The notes beneath the pieces are model-generated. The model ran no database searches, was not told where the DNA came from, and saw only the letters and a list, made by a program, of their open reading frames with translations. A stretch of 64,000 nucleotides of DNA from an uncultured Chthonomonadaceae bacterium (GTDB taxonomy: Bacteria; Armatimonadota; Chthonomonadetes; Chthonomonadales; Chthonomonadaceae): contig CAWFQB010000005.1 in assembly GCA_963817895.1 (NCBI GenBank), positions 256,001 to 320,000 on the forward strand, given 5' to 3'. Made by a program: the position numbers and the translations under genes. The first letter of the stretch is position 1; the number at the start of each line of letters is the position of its first letter. Below are positions 51,071 through 61,040 of the stretch, piece by piece.

Positions 51071-54000
51071 ATGAACATTACCAAAGTACGCGATTATTTG
51101 CAGGCGTTTGATTTCAAGCTGCTGTTTTTAAATGAAATCGGTTGGGATCAACGCAAACAGAGTCTTTCCGTTGAAGCGGGCAAGCAAACGTTTATGCTCG
51201 AAGCCGTTGCCGAAAAGAAGGGCATGGTGGCCTTTGTCTGCGCGCCCGGATAAGGACGGCTTTATTCCGCTTCAGGCCACGCGGCGCAAAATCGAGCATC
51301 TGGTCGCGCAAAGCGTCCGCGAGCATATCATCATCTACACGGACGCGAAACAGTCGGCGCAGGTGTGGCAGTGGGTGCGCCGTGAAAAGGGCAAGCCCGT
51401 CGTGGCGCGGGAAATGCCGTTTTACGCCGGGACAGTTCGGGCGATCTGCTGATCCAGAAATTGCGGGCATCACAGTGGAGATGGAGGACGAGGACGAGCT
51501 GACGCTGGTCGTTCAGACCGGGCGCGTGCGGCAGGCGTTCGATGTCGAGGGCGTAACGCAAACGGTTTTATGACCGCTTCAAGACGGAACACGCCCGCTT
51601 CCTGACGGCCATTGCAGCCCGACCTCCCTGCCGGATGCCGACCGGACATGGTACACGTCGGTGATGCTGAACCGCCTGATGTTCCTGTACTTCATTCAGA
51701 AAAAGGGCTTTCTGGCGGGCGATGACAAACTATCTGCGGAACCGCCTCAAAACGGTACAGGCGCAGCACGGCAGCGACAAGTTCTTCACCTTTTATCGCC
51801 ATTTCCTGATGCGCCTGTTTCATGAGGGATTGGGCCAGCCGACGCACAGCCCGGAACTGAGTGCGCTGATCGGCAAGGTTCCCTACCTGAACGGCGGCCT
51901 GTTCGCCGAACACGCTATCGAGCGCAAATGCCGCGAGCAGAACATCGAAATTCAGATTGAGGATGCCGCCTTCGAGCGCGTGTTCGACGTTCTTCGATGA
52001 CTTCGACTGGCATCTGGACAATCGCCCCAACAAGGCGGGCAACGAGATCAACCCGGACGTGCTGGGCTATATCTTTGAGAAGTACATCAACTACAACGAG
52101 GCGGGGCAGAAAGAGAACGGCGCGTACTACACCAAAGAGGACATCACCGAGTACATTTCGCGCAGCACGATTCTGCCATATCTGCTGGACACGGCGCGGG
52201 ACAAGTGCCGTGTCGCATTTGAGGACGAGGGTTCGGTCTGGCGGTTGCTGCGCGACAACCCGGACAAATATATTTTCGCGGCTGTCAAGCACGGCATGGA
52301 CAACTGCCGCTTCCGCCCGAAATCGAGGCCGGAATCGCGGACGTGAGCAAGCGCGACGGCTGGAACAAACCCGCGCCGAGCGGCGAAGACGCCATCGCCC
52401 TGCCGACGGAAATCTGGCGCGAAGTCGTGGCGCGGCGGCAGCGGTGTGAGGAACTGCGAAAGAAACTGGCGGCCGGGGGAGATGGAATCGGTCAACGACC
52501 TGATTACCTACAATCTCGACATACGGCAGTTCGTGGCGGATATCATCGCCGGAGTACGAGGGCGCAGATTTGATACAGGCGCTGTGGCGGGCCATCAAAA
52601 ACGTCCGCGTTCTCGATCCGACGGTGGGCAGCGGCGCGTTTTTGTTCGCCGCGCTCAACATTCTGGAACCCCTGTACGAGCAGTGCCTGGAACGCATGGA
52701 AACGTTTGTAGGGGATGTAGATCGCGCCGGGGGCGCGCAACATGGACACCGAAACACCGGGCGTTTCGGGAGGAACTGGCGCACGTCAACGCGCCCGAAC
52801 ATCCGAACCGCGCCTATTTCATCTTCAAATCCATCATCGTCAACAACCTTTTCGGCGTGGACATCATGGAGGAGGCGACGGAAATCTGCAAGCTGCGCCT
52901 GTTCCTGAAACTGGTCGCGCAGGTGGAACCGGATATGTCGAAAGCCAACATGGGCGTGGAACCCCTGCCCGATGTAGATTTCAACGTTCGGGCTGGTAAT
53001 ACTCTCGTTGGCTATGTCAACAAGGAGGATATGGATCGCCTGTGGGCTGCGACAGGCCAACTACCCTACGACCGCGACCCCGAACTCAAGCAAAAGGTAC
53101 GCGAGTACAGCCTGCTGCTGGCCGATTTTCGTAAACAGCAATTGGGCCTGCCAACCCCCAAATCGGTTACGAAAGAGCAGGTAGAACGCGCCGCCCGCAT
53201 TATCCGCGAGGGTGAATACTCGAACCGACCGGGCAACGCGAAGACCAATCCGAGCCTGAACAACGACCTGTGGAACCTGTACAAGACATCAGGCAAACTC
53301 GCAATGAACGTGCCGCAGGACAAATTCAACGACACGCATACGCCCCTGCACTGGTTCGTAGAATTTCCCGAAGTCATGGCCGCAGGCGGCTTCGACGTAA
53401 TCATCGGCAACCCGCCCTACGTCGAGTACAGCAAAGTACGGAACGACTATACCATTTTAGGCTTTCAGTCTCTTGATTCCGGCAATTTGTATGCGTATGT
53501 TATCGAAAAATGCTTAAAGGTACAAAAAATCGGAGGGCGAATTGGAATGATTATCCAACTATCCGCATTTTGCACCCCTCGCATGATCTCATTTCAAGAT
53601 GTTTGGTTTGCTCAGGTTCAAACCTCACACTTGTCATTTTTTGATGATCGTCCCGGTAAACTCTTCGATGGGCTTGAACATATTCGCGTTGCCATCACAA
53701 TTGGACAACGGGGAAGCAAAAGCGATTTTGTCGCAACTACACAGTACACCAAGTTTGCGACAGAGGCTCGTCCAACATTATTCGACTCCTTGCACCTGCA
53801 ACATAATCTCTATCCCCGGCATGGAAGCAGCGTTCTGAAAGTGTCCGCAAAAGAAGAAAATAGCATAATCCGCAAGATGTGGGGAGTTGGGGCAACGTTG
53901 TCAAATTACCTTCAAGAAGGCGAGAACGACAATTTTGTATACTATGGATACGGCTATGGCTACTGGGGCAAAATTCTCAACTACAAGTCGTATTTCAAGG

Positions 54001-54449
54001 GAGAAAAAGTGTCTGTCTCAACGGGAGATAAGTACATCTATGGCAAACCCGACGTAGACAGGGATGTGATTGCGGCTGTCATGAACTCCTCGTTGTTCTA
54101 CTGGTTTTAAATCAATTATAGTGATGGACACAACTTCACGAAGCACGTCATTGGTTCAATGCCGTTTGTGTACCCAAACGAAGACGTGCTGTGTCAGTTA
54201 AAGTCCGTCTGTTCGTTGTTGATGAGTGACCTCCAAAAGAACGCCCGTCGTAAAACTGCCAACTATAAGGCAACGGGACAAGTCATCTATGATGAGTTCG
54301 TACCTAAGCATAGTAAATCGATCATTGACAAGATAGACCGGGTGCTGGCGAAGCATTACGGGTTTACGGACGCGGAACTCGATTTCATCCTGAATTACGA
54401 CATCAAGTATCGCATGGGGCGTGGGGGCGAGGACGGGGCGGACGGGTGA
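51071..54449 (+). pseudogene. Eco57I-like (type IIG-related) N6-adenine DNA methyltransferase; frameshifted, with an in-frame TAA at 54108-54110
   Basis: PYLNGGLF; INPDVLGYIFEKYIN; GAYYT; motif I VLDPTVGSGAFL; motif IV FDVIIGNPPY; C-terminal LAKHYGFTDAELDFILNYDIKYRMG. Confidence 0.87.
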
Positions 54450-54463
54450 GCGGGGGAACGGGG

Positions 54464-54701
54464 GTTTCTACCCTCATCCGGCCTCCGGCCACCTTCTCCC
54501 TGCAAGGGAGAAGGCAAATGTGGAAGTCTGGTGGGTTATGTTGGGGATGGGAGAGTGTAATAGTTTTGAGTGCGGGGCGTTTGTTTGGGGAATGTGGAAG
54601 TCTTGCGCTTGTAAGAAAGGTATTATTAACGCACCCAACTACCACATTAGCCTTCTCCCTTGCAGGGAGAAGGTGGCCGGAGGCCGGATGAGGGTAGAAA
54701 C
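54464..54701. repeat. MITE/REPIN-like inverted-repeat element, copy 2
   Basis: Same ~48-bp arms as copy 1; the spacer contains AGTCTGGTGGGTT, the reverse complement of AACCCACCAGACT in copies 1 and 3. Confidence 0.9.
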
Positions 54702-54804
54702 TCCCAATCGCGAGACAACTTCCAGCATCCCTCTCCAGTTCCAAACACGCGCAGGGTAGAGGCTTCCAGTTACGAGACAACCCTCTGCCGGGAAAGACAA
54801 CCTC

Positions 54805-55194
54805 ATGCCCGACGAGAAACGCCTGCGCATCCAGCCACAACTCACCGAACGCGCCCGCCAGTTCCGCAGGCCCCTCACGCCCATGGAAACCCGTCTGTGG
54901 ACACATCTGCGCGACCGTAAATGCGACGGATACAAATTCCGCCGTCAGGTGGTACTCGACAAATATATCGCGGATTTCTACTGCGCGTCCGCCCGCCTGC
55001 TCGTGGAAGTGGACGGCAGCTCGCACAACGGCACGGTCGAGCGCGACACCGCCCGTGACGAATGGCTCGCCCTGCGCGGCCACCACACCCTGCGCGTCAC
55101 CAATACCGACGTGCGCGACAACCTCCCCGTCGTCCTTACCCTCATCGCCCAAACCTGCGCCCATCTGGAACCGACCCCCGCCGCGCAACCATAA
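54805..55194 (+). CDS. DUF559 (Vsr-like) endonuclease domain protein
   Basis: ARQFRR..TPME..LW; KFRRQ; YIADFYC; VEVDGSSH; RDEWL. Confidence 0.9.
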   Translation: MPDEKRLRIQPQLTERARQFRRPLTPMETRLWTHLRDRKCDGYKFRRQVVLDKYIADFYCASARLLVEVDGSSHNGTVERDTARDEWLALRGHHTLRVTNTDVRDNLPVVLTLIAQTCAHLEPTPAAQP

Positions 55195-55198
55195 GCCT

Positions 55199-55390
55199 CT
55201 ACCCTCATCCGGCCTTCGGCCACCTTCTCCCTGCAAGGGAGAAGGCCAAACTGTTAAATGCGCGGTTAAACAGAAACCGGGCAAAAATGAAAAATCCTAC
55301 GCCTGAACTAACCCCACATCCAACCCACCAGACTCCCAATTTAGCCTTCTCCCTTGCAGGGAGAAGGTGGCCCCCGACGGATGAGGGTAG
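55199..55390. repeat. MITE/REPIN-like inverted-repeat element, copy 3
   Basis: Arms and spacer align with 18685-18881. Confidence 0.9.
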
Positions 55391-55685
55391 CCCCCTCCAA
55401 TTTCCAAAAAACTTCTTGGAGATACTTCTAAAATCCCGGTCGAATGTAAATATACCAGGATTGCCAGAACAGAATACCGTCCCCACAAACAAGGAAGGGA
55501 GGTGAAGCCGATGCCTGTCCACATCGGCGCGCCTTAACACTTTCGAGGTCACGACGCCTCTACCTAAAAACTTGACACAATGAGACCGAGTGCTGGAAGC
55601 GCTGCATTGCCACTATTTCGACAACGTCTCTACATATTTCTCCCTTTTAGCCAACGCCCTGCTGGAGAAAGCAGATCGGCAACTG

Positions 55686-56459
55686 TCACCGAAAGCCATT
55701 TGCCAGCGAGCCGATAACCAGCGTCCAGCCATTCGCGAGGACAAACAATAGCAGCTTGGCGGGCAGGCTGAACGTGGTGGGCGGAACCATCATCATGCCC
55801 ATGCTCATCAGGGTACTCGCGATCACCATGTCTATCACCAGAAACGGCAGATAGATGTAGAATCCGATGATGAACGCGGTTTTCAGTTCGCTGCTAATGA
55901 ACGCGGGAATTACGGTCATAATGCTGATGTCGTCCACTGTGTTGGGGCGCGGCGCATGGGACAGCTTCAGGAAGAACGTCATGTCACTGGTGTACGTTTG
56001 CCGCAGCATGAACCCGCGCAAAGGCTTTTCCGCTTTGTCCAGCGCGACCGGCAGCGTGATTTTGTTGGCGAAGTAGGGCTGCAAAGCATCGTCGTTGATT
56101 TTGCCCAGTGTCGGCTGCATCACGAAAAACGTCAGGAACAGCGACAGTCCGACCACAATCTGATTCGGCGGAATCTGCGGCGTTCCAAGCGCGGAGCGCA
56201 GGATAGAAAACACGATGATGATGCGCGTAAACGCCGTCGTCATAATCAGAATGGACGGGGCCAGCGTCAAAATCGTCATCATCATCAGGATTTGCAGCGT
56301 GACCGCGACATCCTTCGGGTTCTGCGACGTGCCGACACCGAGTTGAATTTTGGGCATCGCCATGTTCTGCGCATACGCCTGCGTCAGCGAGGCGAACAGG
56401 CAAAACAGAATTGCAAAGCACAGCGCCAACAGTTTCGATTTAGAAAGTTTCGTTTTCAA
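55686..56459 (-). CDS. fliP: flagellar export gate protein FliP
   Basis: TAFTRIIIVFSILRSALG; PPNQ; ISSELKTAF; MGMMMVPP. Confidence 0.96.
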   Translation of the reverse strand: MKTKLSKSKLLALCFAILFCLFASLTQAYAQNMAMPKIQLGVGTSQNPKDVAVTLQILMMMTILTLAPSILIMTTAFTRIIIVFSILRSALGTPQIPPNQIVVGLSLFLTFFVMQPTLGKINDDALQPYFANKITLPVALDKAEKPLRGFMLRQTYTSDMTFFLKLSHAPRPNTVDDISIMTVIPAFISSELKTAFIIGFYIYLPFLVIDMVIASTLMSMGMMMVPPTTFSLPAKLLLFVLANGWTLVIGSLANGFR

Positions 56460-57733
56460 TCGTCAATCTCCACTTCCCGCGCCGTCCGCAAACGGCGCGC
56501 GTTGTTGCCGACGCTCTGGCCGGTTTCGCGCATCAGGTCTTCCAGCGTGGACACGGCGGCAGTCGCGGGCAGGTCCTCCTGCTCATAGTCCAGCGCGTCC
56601 ATATCGGCGGCGGCGGCATGAAGCAGGTCGCGAAAATCGCCGGAACCCGCGCTTTCGTTCTGTTCAAATTCGGCCAGCAGGTTTAAGCCTGTGGGGGACG
56701 CCCCCAACAAAAACACGCGCCCGCGCACTTCCAGCAGATGCACGTTCGCGCCCCCGATGGGCATGCTTTCCAGCAGGCGAAGGCTGCTTCCCGCCGCTTT
56801 GCGCGCGTTGTTCAGGTGGAACCCGCCCACCAGCGCGTTCCAGATGCCGCCCGAACCCCGGTTTTGCCTGCCCTGCGCTTTGCCGCCTGTGGTTCGAGAA
56901 GCGGCGGTCAGCGCGGCCGGCAAGCGTCCCGTCTTCGCCCTGAAATCGCTGCAACAATTTCAAGCAACCCATAATTACCAGCAGAACCGGCAGCAGGTAC
57001 GCGATCATCTTCCACGAGTCGCCCACAGATGCCATCGGGTTATCCTGCGTGTGGTCGCCCGTAGATTTACCATTCAAAATGGGATCATCGGGGGCAAAGG
57101 TGTCGGGTTTAGTCTGCGCCAGTAAGGAGGGAGTTTCGATTTTCGATTGTTCGATTGTCGATTTTCGATTGGGGATTGGGGGCGGGTTGCAGTGTTTGGC
57201 ATGTTGGCTGCGCTTGTAATCGGTTTTGCGCTTGCAGCAGTGGGCGCGGGGACAGGGGCGGGAACGGAAGACAGCGCGGAAGGGGGCGCGGGAACCGTCG
57301 CCGAATTCGGAGCAGAGGACGGCGCAGCGGCTGTTGGCGTTGACGCCGAAATGGCAGGCGGCGCAGGTTTGGCGGCGACAGGCGCCGGAGTCGGCGTCCG
57401 CGGACGCGGCTGGTATGTACAGGAGCGGACGCAGACTTGATGGACGCAGGCGAGGTTGGCGTCAAACCTCCTCCGGCGGGCGCGGAAGCAGAGGATGGCG
57501 ACGGCGTTGTTTTGTTTGCTTTGGGCGCGGAAGTAACAGCGGATGCCGCCCATGTTTGGCAAGCCAGTTTTTGCGCCACTCCTGCGCCCATTTCTCGTTG
57601 CGTGGGAACGGGGATGGGAAGGGGCTTGCGCGTTTGCCGGCAAGCCGCTCACCACAACCGCAAGCGGCAGCATCAGAGCAGCCGTTCTAACCGCCACTCG
57701 CAAATCCACAATCGGCAATCGGCAATCAAACAA
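56456..57733 (-). CDS. fliO: FliO/FliZ-like protein with a long Pro/Ala-rich N-terminus; several frameshifts, start uncertain
   Basis: Located between fliN and fliP; transmembrane segment MIAYLLPVLLVIMGCL; LRLLESMPIGGANVHLLEVRGRVFLLG. Confidence 0.7.
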
Positions 57734-57763
57734 TCAACAATCGGAAATCGGTTTGCATCGGAC

Positions 57764-58767
57764 TTAACGGCCCTTTCCCAGCCCGGCAAGGCGATCCGCG
57801 TGGCTGACGATTTCCGTCAGGCGAATTCCGAAGTTGTCCTCGATAACCACCACTTCGCCTTTGGCAACCAGCCGTCCGTTGACCAGCAAATCTACCGGTT
57901 CGCCCGCCACCCGGTCAAGTTCCACGATAGACCCCATCGCCAGTTCCAGCACATCTTTAATCAGCATCCGCACCCGGCCCAATTCCACAGTGACATCCAG
58001 CGGAATGTCCATAATCATGTCCATGCCGCGCGGCATAACGCTTTCGGAAGAGGTTGGGAAATTGGCAAAATGGCGGCGCGCTGCCACCCCCCACTGGCAT
58101 GCCCCCCGGCATACCGGGAGCCGCCCCACCCAGGCCACCGATGTCATTGAGCATGGCCGCCAGATCGTCTTCGCTCAAGCCGTCGCCCTCGGCTCCGTTC
58201 GACGGCGCGGCAGCCAGGCTGCGCGCCCATTCGGGCGTGACCAGCAGCGTGGCTTCGGCCTCATGCAGTCCGACAATGGAAAGCGAAAGATGCGCTTCGA
58301 TAATGTCGCCGTCCAGCGCGAACACGGGCGGGAGCAGCAGCGGGCCAGCCTGCGTGTTGCACGACTCCACTTCCACGTTTTCCCCGGAACGGGCGGCCAG
58401 CAGGGTCGCCACACTGCGGATGCTGCTTTGCATGGCGGCAGTCAGCAGTTTTAGTTGTGCCTCGTCCAGCGTTTCTTCCGGTTCGCTGCCATCCTTGCCC
58501 GCCATCAGGTCGGCAAAAACAAGCGCGGTGGGAAGCGACAGCAGCAGCAGGCTCTCCGCGCCGAACGGCTGGCCCAGACTGAAGACGGTGGACAGCATAC
58601 TCTCTGTCCGCATCATCACGTCCTGCATGGGAACGGTCGCTACCTGCTCCACGCTGATGGTAAGGTCATTATTGAGAGAGTTCGGAAAGCGTCATCGCCA
58701 GACTGACCGTCAATCCGGCCAGAGGCTCCTGAAACGCGCTTAATTCGCTATTGGAAAGTTTGGACAT
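57764..58767 (-). CDS. fliN: flagellar motor switch protein FliY/FliN (CheC-like N-terminal domain plus FliN C-terminal domain); frameshifts near 58680 and 58040-58070
   Basis: IMDIPLDVTVELGR..GEPVDLLVNG..KGEVVV..FGIR; ATG 58767 after GGAG. Confidence 0.85.
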
Positions 58768-58779
58768 GGGGAAACTCCA

Positions 58780-58862
58780 GGGAGTAGGGGAGCGAGGGAA
58801 AATGGGCTGATTTGCAGTAGGAAGGGAATTTTCTTACTCCCCATTCCCTGCTCCCTACTCCC
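58780..58862. repeat. short imperfect inverted repeat of GGGAGTAG/CTACTCCC units
   Basis: GGGAGTAGGGGAGCGAGGGA ... TCCCTGCTCCCTACTCCC between fliM and fliN. Confidence 0.6.
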
Positions 58863-59920
58863 TCATCCCTTCTCTTCCGTGCTGATGCGGCTGATGTGAA
58901 CCGCCAGTTTTTTGCCGCGCACGCCGGGATTGGCGTGGAATTTGAGGTTATTGTCTATTAGCACGTCTACTTCTTCGTCCTTCAGGCGATCCAGCGTCAC
59001 CACATCGCCGACCTGCAAGTTCAGCAGATGCTCGACGGAAATCTCCGTGCTGCCCAGGCGGACGGCGCAGGTGATGCAGGTTTTTTCCAGGCGACGGGCC
59101 AGGACGCCCGCGTATTTGCCCGTGTTCTTTTTGATACTGCTGGAAAACCACCGCTGCGCGCTGAGTTTGGACGTGATGGGTTTAAGCAGCAGATAGGGGA
59201 TGCAGATGCTCATGGCTCCGCGCTGTTCGCCCACTTTGATTTCGAACAGAATGGACACGACAACATCATTGGGCGGCACGATTTGCACGAACTGCGCCTG
59301 CGTCTCCATAATCTCGCGCTTGGGCGTGAACTGCGCGATGCCCTCCCACGCGGTATGAAAATCCTGCAGGGCGCGATTGATGATGCTTTCCGTCAGCGCT
59401 TTTTCGATGTCGGTCAGCGCGCTGTTCGCTTTCACCATGCTGCCCGGCCCGCCGAGCAAACGGTCAATCATGGACAGAATGATGTTGAATTCCATCTCCA
59501 GAATGGCCTGTCCCGCAAGCGGGGCCATGCTGAACACGTTGATGATACTGCTGTTCAGCGAACGCATGTACTCGTCGTAGGGGATCTGCTCGACAGAGAC
59601 AAGGTCTACGTGGGTGGGAACGCGCAGGTACGCGGACAGGGAACTGGCGAACAGCCGCGCAAAGGTTTCATGCAGCATTTGCAGGGTGCGCAGTTGATCT
59701 TTCGCGAACTTGTCGGGGCGGCGGAAATCGTACATTTCGTACGCCACCGGACCGCGTATTTCGCGCTTGGCGGAGGAAGCGAACGCGGGAGCGGATGCGG
59801 GAGAGGCGCGCGCGTTTCTGCTCGATGGGCGCATTCGCCGGGAGCGGCAGAATCATTTGAATCGCCAGTCAGCGACGCCAGCAGCGCCTCGATTTCAGCC
59901 TGGGAAAGTATTTCAGCCAA
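58863..59920 (-). CDS. fliM: flagellar motor switch protein FliM; frameshift near 59830
   Basis: CheY-binding N-terminus MAEILSQAEIEALL in one frame; YDFRRPDKFAKDQLRTLQMLHE in the next. Confidence 0.93.
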
Positions 59921-60166
59921 CGGGGTTCCTTCACAATGGATGCGGTAACGGTTCAGTGTAACGGTTTCAATGCAGAGGGCGAGCGGGAGAGAACAGGGAT
60001 GCCGCGCAAAGGCCCGGTTTGCGAGTTCGCGTATTGTCCCTACTCATTGTCGGCGCGATGAGGAGGTAACTTAAGGCCGAATTTGGAGAAAAAGCGGAAG
60101 GTGAAGAACGGAAGCAGAACGAATCAAGTAAATCAGATAGGAGAATAAAACGAGGTTTCAACGAAC

Positions 60167-60961
60167 ATGTCTTCTATATCTTCAGAATCCGATGAACGAT
60201 TAAAAAGGTGGCTGGCGCAAATTCCGCGCCACGTCAAAATACAAAGAGCCACCAAGTTTTGCGCTTGTTGCGCAGCCGTCGCGCTTGTTGTCACAGGAGG
60301 TTCTAAACATCACGCTGACAGGGGATGGAACTACGATTTATTCGCGTTCTGCCTGTGTGCCAGCGCAATAGCATTGATGTATGTACACGGTTTCAGCATT
60401 GTTGTTGTGAGCAGGGGATGTAAACTTCTAAAGTCGCGCAATCATGCTGAGATGCCGGGGGCGGTTGGGTGTCTGTGCGAAGCGTTTGCCCTTGAAAACT
60501 TTACGCAGGGCAAACGATCCATAAACCCGCTGGCTGATGCGGTTTGTTTCGCGCTGGTGAAATCCCTGCCCCACCTGCAAACAAAGGAATGGGAAGAGCT
60601 GACCCCACACCAACGCTCTTGTTTGCACAACATTTTATACATCGGCAACAAGACGCCGGTTGAACAGCTATATGGGATGCGATTGGTACATGCCGTGCTG
60701 TCCACGTTAGAGCGTGTCGGGGATGAAACCTCCCTGAGCCACGTACAGAATGTTGCGGAACAAACAGTAAATCCCTATTTACGGCAGCTTGCTTTGGACA
60801 GCGCGGCAAGTATACAGGCGCGGGTTCAGCGCGATGAGTCCTCTCAATCGCTATTGCGCCCCTCAGCATCTGCGGCTTCTTTAGACACTCTGTTACGCCC
60901 TGCTTCCGGCACAACGCAGCCAAAACCGGAAGCAGCCAACCAACTGTTGCGGCCCCTGTAA
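60167..60961 (+). CDS. hypothetical membrane protein, paralogue 1 (transmembrane helices, helical domain, LLRP tail)
   Basis: Two hydrophobic segments; C-terminal LLRP x3. Confidence 0.7.
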   Translation: MSSISSESDERLKRWLAQIPRHVKIQRATKFCACCAAVALVVTGGSKHHADRGWNYDLFAFCLCASAIALMYVHGFSIVVVSRGCKLLKSRNHAEMPGAVGCLCEAFALENFTQGKRSINPLADAVCFALVKSLPHLQTKEWEELTPHQRSCLHNILYIGNKTPVEQLYGMRLVHAVLSTLERVGDETSLSHVQNVAEQTVNPYLRQLALDSAASIQARVQRDESSQSLLRPSASAASLDTLLRPASGTTQPKPEAANQLLRPL

Positions 60962-61040
60962 GTGGCGTAGGGAACAGCGTTGACAGGTAGGATCACACTG
61001 CTGGAATGATGTTACAGAGTTATGGGAAACAGGGGCTGCT

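Noticed and set aside
55495..55537. Strong RBS (GGGAGGTG) followed by the 8-codon ORF MPVHIGAP
   Set aside because: Too short to support; it could be a gene remnant, but I recognise no homology.
54403..55552. Several ORFs overlapping the inverted-repeat elements
   Set aside because: They are translations of repeat DNA or antisense to DUF559.
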